A stretch of 33,838 nt of DNA from Parasitella parasitica NRRL 2501 (lineage: Eukaryota > Fungi > Mucoromycota): contig MU619311.1 of assembly GCA_025201805.1 (NCBI GenBank), forward strand, positions 122,372 through 156,209. The letters are read 5' to 3'. The position numbers were made by a program, and so were the translations under genes. This document shows, one piece after another, positions 24,306 to 33,838 of this stretch. Numbering within the stretch: the first letter of the stretch is position 1; the number at the start of each line of letters is the position of its first letter. The notes below the pieces were generated by a model, which made no database searches, was not told where the DNA came from, and saw nothing but the letters and a program-made list of their open reading frames with translations.

Positions 24306-26603
24306 AACCACATTGGAGGTGGCGGTATGTCTTTTGAAGACCTGGGGGCGGCCATTTCCACACCAAATTGATGTGGCAATGGTGAGCATGTTCTTCGAGG
24401 CCATGGCATCGCGATTCCAGTAAATGTTGCAAGTTTTACACTTCAATACCTGATAGATTTTGGTTTCTTCGTTGTCATGGCTTATCTTGAAATTCTCCAG
24501 ATCTTCTTTGAGACAGTTGTTGCAGATCTATGAATAATCGGTTTTAGCTGAAAGTGCAATATGTGAATTATGTGTGTTTTTTCCTTAATAACCTTCGATG
24601 TTTTGAACTCATTAATATCTACAAGTAATAGTTCACCAATTCTTTCTCTTGCTTGTAGTTGCTTGTATATTTTGTTCGAAACACCATGTCTTAAACCTCT
24701 GAACTTTATATGATCTTTGTTTTTTAATCCGTCACCAAAGACCACCAGAGGCATCTTACTTTTGTCACCTACTTCAAAACAAGCCTTGTTTTTTCTGTTG
24801 TAAGTTACAAAAATAACANNNNNNNNNNNNNNNNNNNNNNNNNNNNNNNNNNNNNNNNNNNNNNNNNNNNNNNNNNNNNNNNNNNNNNNNNNNNNNNNNN
24901 NNNNNNNNNNNNNNNNNNNNNNNNNNNNNNNNNNNNNNNNNNNNNNNNNNNNNNNNNNNNNNNNNNNNNNNNNNNNNNNNNNNNNNNNNNNNNNNNNNNN
25001 NNNNNNNNNNNNNNNNNNNNNNNNNNNNGAAGTATCAAAGCCGTAGAAATCAAACAACGTATTCATGAGCTGCAACATGTAGGCTACGTACAGAACAAAT
25101 TGCTCCACAGATGCAGTTTTAGGCGAAGGAATGTCTGTTTCAATCTTTTCAATGCCTAGTTCTTGTTTGTGTTTCTGTTGCTTATTCTTGTTACACTTCC
25201 ACCCATATTATAGTATTCGATTGTCTGGGAAAATTCCGGTCAGGTTCTGGGCATCAATCTTTATGAACCGCCAGTGTAATGAGGGATTTGGGAATAAACT
25301 AAAACGTCTTGGAAGCGGGGGCTTCGTTGAGTCGGCCTTGTCCTTTTGAGCAGCTTGGGTCCTGTTTATATCATCGTATTTGTTGAGGATATACCGTAAT
25401 GCCGGTAAAATTTTGAAGGGTTCATTGTTTAAGCTTTCTTTAGTCAGTGGAAGCGTGGACATGCGATTTTTGACCTCTAAAATCAAAGGATTTAAGAAAC
25501 TTGTAAGATTACTGGCCACATCCGGATCAAATAGGGCAAGAATATCAACAGATACAGATGAAGGTTGGAAATGTGTAAGCACTTGGTCGTATACGTGATT
25601 ATATACCAATTTCTTGATACAGCCGATCTTCGCATCCTAGTTTATGTAATTTTAGTATAACAATTTGAGAAATTGAACATGTATATTGAAGTGCTTGTTA
25701 TTATGGTACTCTGTCTTCAGTGTATATATGTAGTAGTTACATGTGATGTTTTCAAAATTTTCAATATAGTAGTAGTTGTATGTTGTTGCGACAGTCTTGC
25801 ATGCAGTAGACAGAGATTGTCCATAATTCTTTAATCCATTTTCTGAAACAAACAAGCTACCATTTGTAGTAGCAGACAAATTAACAAAAGAGCTCGCAAG
25901 TTGATTCACATCTAGGTTCTGGCCTGCAGGTCGTTCCTTTTTCGTATCTTTGTAAGCCTGCAGATTTGGCTTTACTGTATCTGCGCTGCCCTTAATAACT
26001 CTTGAAATAGTATACCAAAAATTTTGATCAAAGAAGCCATTTGTCAGCTTGGTTGGATGTTGCACAATAAAATGGTTTACAAATAGTTGAGCTTTGAACA
26101 AGACTTCACGGACAAAGCTTGATATGTCCTTGACTTTTTTTTAAAGCATTGGCTTTGTTTGGAGTATCATTACAAAGAGTTTCAAATGGGACAGAGAGAG
26201 TGTATCTTTGATGGGATCCAAGTCTGATTTGTAGACGTCCCGGTAGCTTTGGATTATAGTTTTTTGCATTGGGAACTTCTTGCAGAGCTATGCCCTTCCT
26301 CTTGACAAGAGCTACAATTATTCTTAGAGGATGATGCTGCTGAAGTACTAGCTTGGCGACTTTTCTTTGCATTCCTTTTTGCTGTTATTAAAGCAGAAGA
26401 ATCATTCCTCTTGGTAGCTTTAAATGCATTAGCTTGTAAAACCTTGGAATCACATAAAAAGTTTCTTTTTACTTACATGTTCTCTTTGGGGTCTGAGTGG
26501 TAGAGTTTTCCTTCTTGTTATCAGATTCGACCTCCTCTAGCTTTGTACGTTTCTTGAGGATGATGAACTTCTCCACTTCAGGGTAAATAGGTATGCGTGG
26601 CAT
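24273..26603 (-). pseudogene. Fanzor1 (eukaryotic TnpB/Cas12-related RNA-guided endonuclease), disrupted copy
   Basis: Removing intron 24592-24528 gives MPLVVFGDG...LLLVDINEFKTSK|ICNNC...IYQVLKCKTCNIYWNRDAMASKNMLTIA...GRPQVFKR...* (stop 24275-24273). This contains the RuvC-II Glu, a CxxC...CxxC zinc ribbon and the RuvC-III NRD. Upstream pieces: FKAQLFVNHFI, YYIENFE, RFSLFPNPSLHWRFIKID, EYYNMGG and GIEKIETDIPSPKT...LFDFY, plus an N-terminal CSSCQEEGHSSARSSQC knuckle. Frameshifts and an N gap (24819-25028) are present, RuvC-I is not found, and the 5' end is uncertain. Confidence 0.88.
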
Positions 26604-27252
26604 TGGTCAATTGAAAAGAAGTAAAAAGAGTTCAAGACAACATTTGTCTGTCAACTAGATCAAATCTTGTCAACCCGATCGAGAGATTTACACTTGAGAC
26701 AACTCCGAAAGGGAATGCACACACATGGATCCCACCTGTTGATATATTCTCTAATCCAATTACTGATATCGCCCGGCTGTCAATGTTGTTATATTGTATA
26801 TCAAGGCCAGACTCTGTTTTTAATAAATTATAAGTACCTAGCTAGTTTTCATTGAGAATATCCTCATTCAGATTTTAACTGAAATGAATCTATACAAAGC
26901 TTTCGAAGTACTACTTGTCAATCTACTTTTCTATCTATTTACCAACTTAATTAATCAACAAATCTGTTTGATTTTTTCGATCGCGATACTGATGTATATC
27001 ATACTTTTTTTTTTCTTTTTTGGTAAGAGCACCCATTTTGGCATTGGGTATAACAATAATAGAAAAACAAGATAACATATTCAATTCATTTTTAGACCTG
27101 AGCAGTTTTGACTTTGGCACTTGGATCATAAAGTACTAGAATATGATACAAGTTCTATAAAGGGTTGCTGTTTTCAGGGCTGCGCCCTTAAATTGAACCA
27201 AGAAAAAAACCCTTTGAATCTGTTCGGTATAGTTCCACAGTTGTGTTCGTGT

Positions 27253-27409
27253 CCCGTATTCTCTTATGTGTCCCATTTTCATGTTGATGGCCCACTTTCA
27301 TATTAACGTCCCATTTTCATCTTGTTGTCCCATTTTCGTATTCGTGACCCAACTCAATTTGGAAATGACCAAATTTATTTTCGTTAGCCCAACCTAGTTT
27401 CGTCAACTG
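27253..27409 (-). repeat. Right TIR (core 27348-27409) plus five 19-bp subterminal repeats
   Basis: Reverse complement reads CAGTTGACGAAACTAGGTTGGGCTAACGAAAATAAATTTGGTCATTTCCAAATTGAGTTGGG. Units: TCACGAATACGAAAATGGG, ACAACAAGATGAAAATGGG, ACGTTAATATGAAAGTGGG, CCATCAACATGAAAATGGG, ACACATAAGAGAATACGGG. Confidence 0.92.
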
Positions 27410-28470
27410 TAATATCAACAAACTAAAAAAGTACTTGACTCTTAAATTTAAAATAATCATCACTGTCTCTTGTTTTAAATGCGTCAGTTTCTTTTTGGTT
27501 TCTCTGTCTGTTCTCTTAATCTGTCCTTTGCCATAATCTTAAACTACCAATAATGATGATAAAACGTGAAGTTGGTATTGGATAAAATCAACCGGGTCTA
27601 TTGCATTAGAGTCTCCATAATAGTGCAATGAGTTAAATGGCAGAAAAGGTTATTTAAATCTTCAATCAATTTTGATAATAAAACTTCGATAAATGACTGA
27701 AGCCTGTTCATCGTATTTCGTGATGATTTTAGTTCAAGTGAATTTACGTTTGCATAACAGCTACATGAGTCGTGACATAGTTTGCTTCATTCTAAAAATT
27801 CTTGGCTGAATTTTACTGACAAGATTGGGATTATTGTCCAATAACAGATATAACCGATAATTCAATGAACAAACAGGAAAATTCAGTTACATATAACTTT
27901 TATATACGATACTTGCCGGTTAAATCATCAAAACAACTCAGTATTGGTTGTATCAATATGGATGTCATCGTTTTGTTTGTTGGCTGCACCAAGTCTAGAC
28001 GGTTGTAAGGGTTATTACTGTTTTGCTATTCCAGAAATCTTATTTGAACCTTTAAAGTGAATAAGGGAACAAATCGCTAACCCTTAATTTTACATCATTT
28101 TTTTTATTACATTGAGGAATGCAAAATAAAATATTCATAATGATGCGCATTTTATAGATCTCAAGCAATTTTTATTATATGAAGTAACATATACTGCTGT
28201 TTGATTTTCTGTTAATGCAAAATAAAAATGGGCTTTGTTGTCGACTACCCCCCCCCCATTGAAATAAAAAAGGGAAAACTCTAATTAAAAGCCTGGTAAC
28301 ACATCTGAAATAAGGGGGATTCTACCATAAACAAGCCTCACTCATTGTTGCACTCATTCAAATCAATGTTACACATTTGATTAAAACTAAAAAAACATAA
28401 ATTCTCTTTTTTCTTTTTCCTTTCACTGCTACTCCTTTATATTCTTTATTCATCTTTCTTTGAACACACC

Positions 28471-30281
28471 ATGGCTGAACATTGCCCTACATTGGGCGGT
28501 TTAAGTGAAAATGGATTGTATGTAGACATAGTAATTCAAATGGATCTCGACTAACAACAGACAAAACGCATAGTAACCCAGAGTTCGATTTAAAGCAGCT
28601 AGTGTTAGATCCAAAGTACGTTCCTTTAAGCATCGCTATAACAACCAGATACTGGTATTAAAGTCTTTTTTTTTTGTTTTTGCATTTCAGCAATACAATG
28701 CATGTATGGGGCTGGCTAGTATCAGGATTTCTCGTCTTGGTAACAGTAACTATAGCATCTCATACAATCAATGAACACCTCCATCACTACTGTACACCAG
28801 ATATACAACGCCATAAAGTTAGAGTCATCGCATATCCTGCAGCATATGCCATATTAGCTTGGTTGTCCTATTTAAAATATGATTACGAAACAGTGATTCT
28901 TTTTTTCGCTCGTTTGTTCGAATCGTTTGCTGTTTACAATTTGTACATGTGTCTGCAATCCTATTTACAACCGTACAGATTAAAAAATCAAGGTAAAAAA
29001 GAACCCAGTACTACCAAAGTTTTTGGGTTATACAACTTCAAACTGTAAGTGCTTTGGCTGACTTTTTACACATCTGACCCTAATTACTTCATATGCGTAT
29101 ACATAGTCAATCAAAGTGGGGTCTTCACTTTCGAGTGATTACAGACATTCTTGTGCTTCAGTTCCCCATTTGGTAATATGGACTCACCATGTAAAGAATG
29201 ATGAGCGCAATTAATTTGATTTTAATCATCTAGGAACATCATAGCTTCTCTAGTTTCAATGTTCACTCAAATCAAGGGCGTTTATTGCGATGGCCAATTA
29301 AGCCCTCATGGAGCATACGTTTATCTGGCGACGATCCAGTTTATATCTCTTTCTATTATTCTCATGGCACTTTTTACTTACTTGTCAGTATTTAACGACG
29401 AATGGAAGGAAGGAAATATTCGAGCTCATGGCATGTTTTGGTGTGTAAAAGGGCCCATTATGGTCATTTTCTATTTTGGGGACATATTGCTGGCAATATT
29501 GGATTACTTTAGTGTGATAAAGGATAAACCAGCAAGTACCCCAGGAGGTACTTTCTGGTCTGCAGCAGCAATTAAAAACGGGTATTATGTTTTGATCATC
29601 TGTGTATGTATGGCCGTCGTTGCTATGCTTATGCAGATTTATTTTGGATTAGACGCCAAGGAATACCAAACAGAAGAATCTGAATTCAGCTATTTTGAGG
29701 CATTGTCAGATGGATTTTTAGCTTATATACCGCAATTTTTAAAGAACGTCTTCATGTGCGGTGGAGATACTGTCGTTTTGGCAAAGAAGCGCTTGAAACT
29801 CAGAAAAGAAAGGCAACCAAGCGATGATGAACACGACTTATTATCACATACCCGTCCTGATCTGGAAGCTGCAACTGCACTTGAAAGCACTAAATCGATC
29901 CAAGAATATCTGGCCCAGCCTGCTCCATCACTACAGAGTAACAAACTGTATGATGAGGATGGCCGATATCAGCAATCCTATCAACATAATTTTAATGCCT
30001 TGCCATTGGAACCTCTAGGTGTCAAGCCAAAGTCAACATTTCAAGATGAAAAACTACTACATGTGCCACAAAACAATAGCACGGGCGAAGTTGATGACCT
30101 TGCCATTGTGCAGCAACAACAATCAATACCATCACCTTCAATACAACAACACCAATCAGACATAGCTATACCTCCTCCTCCCATGCAGTCAAGGACACTT
30201 AACCGCAACGACGAGCCTTCTGTAGAATCTATCCATCAACACTCAAGTCATTTCACTCCTCATGACCTTGAACGTAAATAA
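28471..30281 (+). CDS. TMEM184 / organic solute transporter alpha (OST-alpha) family membrane protein
   Basis: Five exons: approx. 28471-28517, 28574-28615, 28691-29045, 29107-29172, 29233-30281 (GT-AG introns). Motifs HLHHYCTPDIQRHKVRVIAYPAAYAILAWLS, RLFESFAVYNLY, VLQFPIW, GVYCDG and FWCVKGPIMVIFY. About 7 TM helices and a low-complexity tail. Confidence 0.88.
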
Positions 30282-30429
30282 GCTTGTAAATAATAAAAAC
30301 TATTCAGAAACGTGAGTTTCCCCGCTAAAACCCTGATTCTTCCCAGATAATTATTTATTCCGTCTGCTATTTTAGTTTTAGTAAAACATCATAACAAATT
30401 TCCCTTTTTTTCCCCGTCATTTCAATACA

Positions 30430-31086
30430 ATGTCTGATTCTATCAAAGATCTCGTAAAAACCATCATCAGCCAAGAAGAAAGCTGCCAATTCACCTCATT
30501 TACTTCTGAAGATGCTCTTAGTTTAGGCCTCGCTCTCTTGGAAAATGTTAAACCATTTAAGAAATCCGTCGTCATTGACATTACTTTAAATGGTCATCAA
30601 CTTTTCCATTATGCTATGAATGGCACCTCCAAAGACAATGATGAGTGGGTCCGTCGTAAAAAGTAAGTGCTTACGGGCTACACACAACTAAAGATTGTAC
30701 ATGTTAACAAAAATATTCTTATTATAGTAATACTGTCAACCGTTTTGGTCATTCCAGTTTTTATGTTGGCCGCTATATTGCCAGCCAGGGTAAATCTATT
30801 GAGGAAAAGTACTTTGTAAGTTCTGAAATTTCAACGTATCTACCAACAAATACTGATTATTGTGTAATGCGTAGGTAAGTGAGAAAGATTATGCTACCCA
30901 TGGTGGCGCTTTTCCCTTAAAGATCAAAAATGTTGGCGTTGTTGGTACCATCACTGTTTCTGGTCTTGCACAAGAGGTAGGTTCGACTAAATTATACACT
31001 AGAGTTTGATATGCTGATTTTGTATGTAACAGGATGATCACAATCTAGTTGTTAAAACTGTTGAAGAGTATATCTCTAAAAACTAA
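30430..31086 (+). CDS. UPF0303 / YBR137W-like (GlcG/HbpS, DUF336 fold) protein
   Basis: Four exons with GT-AG introns (first intron after VRRK at ~30663; stop TAA 31084-31086). Motifs [10 protein letters not shown], [28 protein letters not shown] and [35 protein letters not shown]. Confidence 0.85.
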
Positions 31087-33601
31087 TATTACAATACAAG
31101 GAAGAATTTGCAAATGGAAACAAAATACCGCTTTCGAATGAGGAAATCCTGAAAATCAGTCATATGTATATGTTTATCTGTCTCCAGTCAATACATTATT
31201 TCAAAATCTCTTTTTTTTTTTATTATTATGTGTGCGATACATTGATTAATATTCTACACCAATCTGGCGAGGAAATTAAGGGTAATGGTAAAGTTTCAAC
31301 GCGTTACAACATGAAAATAAATTTCGAGTCGACATCTTGGCTATCAATTCGAAGCTTTTCTAAAAAAAAAAAAAATACTCATTCCATGCCTTGATCTTCA
31401 ATTGACAATAGAAGGTGTTCATGGGCAAAGTTTCTACGTACGAGGATAGACAATGAATTTAAACCTAGTATAATAGGATTTCCAATTGATCTCAAATCGA
31501 CCTTCAAATTTTCATTTTCGAATAATTCAAGGAAACAATGGATTGTTGATCAGTAATGTAGATGATAATTCAGATTGTAATAGTTTAAAGGTTTTTTTAA
31601 AGTCTCTTTTAGAAAAGGTCTCATCACTCTGAGTATTGTTATCTGAAGTGAATCTTGGGTAATCCTGATTTACACAAATCCACAAACCTTATGGTAGTAA
31701 GTCCTGTGGAATAAGATATTCGTAGAGAAAAAAGAACAAAAAAACAAGGTAAGTCAACTAGATAACATATAGATTTATTATTTGATTCTGACTGGGTAGC
31801 TCTAATCCTCACAACTTGATGTCCTATTAATATAGTTTCTAGAATCACACCTTTTATATCATTTCTAGTATATTCTTATTTAGTCTATATTAATAATGAA
31901 ATATATCTGAGTGTATATGTAGCATGTTTGCAGCGTTGCACATATTGTACAAGTCTGCTGTGCATAATGTATCGGTAGCTAGTATCATAGATATAAGCAG
32001 AAGTCTTGTAGTGATTATTCGGAAACTGAAGGTACATATATGAAGCATAAATCTTATACGCCTTGAGCTTGCAGTAGAAACTAAATCTAATAATTGTCTA
32101 AGACTCATTTTAGAATACAAGTATAAGTATTTGTATATAGAGCTATCCATTCTAATGGCCCCATCTGTAGACTACATCTTAAAGTGTAAATCTGCACATT
32201 ATTGTACATCTTTAATGCGCACATATGAAATTACTGTTGTATCCATAGAATACCATGGTTACCACTATTTCAACTCAGTTGTCATGGCAACCGTTCCTGA
32301 TCGGATCTAAGGTTAAATTGCATCGATTATTCTATCTAGTAAATAGAAGTATTCAATAGAATGTCTTGTATAAGAAACTGTTGCTTGGACCGATTTTACC
32401 TGATATAGGATTTAAAACTAAGCGATTACTCAATACGAATATACAACACACAACAGAGATATAACCAAAGCTACCAAAACTAATGGTTATGGGAATAAAG
32501 ACTTTTGCTTATTTGTTTAACTATGATAACTTATATAATATTTATATGGGGGGTGTTCTGATCGTTTGACTACTATGTGGGGGAGGCAAAGAGACGACCT
32601 GGTATGCGCCACCACACAACAAAACCATCTATTTGGGTTCTACTTATTCTAAATTGCGAAGCTCAACTTATCGATGAATGATTCACATTCATAATGATTA
32701 GCTGATTAAATATAGAAATAGGTCTTGCTCTGACTACTACTGTGTTATAATCTTGTTTGACAATTAAATGTCAAACATGACCTGATTGTGTTTTATAGAT
32801 TGATTTAGATATGATCTGCCATAATTATAGACAGAAGATCATGACAATGTACTTCAATTGAAGATTGAAGATTGTCCAATGATGTGATGTGATACGCTTG
32901 TGTAAATTGGAGAATAAAGTCTCTGTTTCAAATCAAGAAGGTTATTCCTGTAAGTAACACAGATCTGAGCACCAGGATAAAGGTTAAGGCACTGTCAGAT
33001 CAAAGACGTGAAGCCCTTGCTATATAACCTCATATCATACCCTGTCAAGTAGATTGCCACTGTAAATTAGTCTTGTCAATTAGTAATCTAAATAAGTCAC
33101 CATAAATTTATGTAGTTGTAAAAAGTATAAATAGCAGATGCAATTTCGATCTTAAATAATAAAGTATTTTTAAGTTTTCGTATCTCGTTAACATTTGGTT
33201 TTTTATTATCTTTTTTAACCATATCACATCTTTTAGATAATGGATTTACATATTTGTATCTGACAAAATTGTCAGTGTTGAGAGAGAATTAGATATTGAT
33301 TACGAACTACAAGATATGATACAAGTTTTAAGCTCATACAAAAAAGAAAAGAAACGTAGGTTCAAACCTAGAATATCCCATCGACTAGAAATATGAGACA
33401 AAGGTTACATGTCATATTGCACAAACTATCCCTTTATAATATTGATACAAACACAAAACAAAAAACACACCTTTTTATTTTATTACAACTTCTAATATAA
33501 TATTGCCTATTGTATTATATTTAAATCTACTATTTCTGTGTAAATACATTACACCTTTCAAATACTACATAACCATATTTGTATCTGACAAAATTATTAT
33601 T

Positions 33602-33673
33602 TCCTTGATGGTCTAGTGGCTAGGATTCGACGCTCTCACCGTCGCGGCCGGGGTTCAATTCCCCGTCAGGGAA
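33602..33673 (+). tRNA. tRNA-Glu (anticodon CTC), intronless
   Basis: 72 nt. Acceptor stem TCCTTGA/TCAGGGA, D-arm GGTCTAGTGGCTAGGATT, anticodon arm CGACG-CT-CTC-AC-CGTCG, T-arm CGGGG-TTCAATT-CCCCG. A T-run Pol III terminator follows immediately. Confidence 0.96.
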
Positions 33674-33838
33674 TTTTTTTTAGTAGTTGTGTCGTGGGCA
33701 GATTTATACAGAATTTCCGAAAATTATTGGTGTGTCGTGTGTAGTGTGCAGAGATGTGTTAGTTTTGTGCTGCTTTATTAAGTGTATATAAAATATGAGT
33801 AAGAGATGAAAGATAGATCTTTATTCTTTTGTATTCAA

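Larger units (their letters stand above)
24074..27409 (-). mobile_element. TIR DNA transposon (Tc1/mariner-like ends, TA target duplication) carrying a Fanzor1 gene; no transposase recognised
   Basis: TA at 24072-24073 and at 27410-27411 flank inverted termini. The first 23 bp (CAGTTGACGAAACTAGGTTGGGC) are identical at both ends. The ~62-63 bp cores differ by 2 substitutions and 1 indel, and each is followed by 19-bp subterminal repeats. Confidence 0.92.

Noticed and set aside
26604-27250. Possible transposase remnant or second gene in the 5' part of the element
   Set aside because: No DDE/D or HTH motif was recognised in the frames I read, which contain many stops. It may be a decayed N-terminal extension or a promoter.
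31390-33200. Gene-free stretch before the tRNA, considered as a retroelement relic
   Set aside because: No RT, integrase or gag motifs and no LTR pair could be read by eye.

Overview
AT-rich, intron-containing fungal DNA, most likely Mucorales (judged from the CBM1-GH45 cellulase type and the short 55-80 nt GT-AG introns). Host genes in order: a small secreted protein, a two-CBM1 GH45 endoglucanase, a bZIP factor, a probably GPI-anchored PL14-like lyase, complex I subunit NDUFA13/GRIM-19, an ABCC transporter, a Zn2Cys6 factor, a Pro/Gln-rich membrane protein, a TMEM184/OST-alpha protein, a UPF0303 (GlcG/HbpS-like) protein and tRNA-Glu(CTC). The standout is a 3.3-kb TA-flanked DNA transposon (24074-27409). 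It has CAGT-starting ~62-bp terminal inverted repeats (TIRs) and 19-bp subterminal repeat arrays. It shows no recognisable transposase but carries an intron-containing Fanzor1 gene (eukaryotic TnpB-family RNA-guided nuclease) followed by a structured candidate omegaRNA. This Fanzor copy looks decayed, with frameshifts and an apparent internal deletion removing RuvC-I. Two assembly gaps (4100-4114, 24819-25028) limit what can be read. All calls are by eye; no searches were run.
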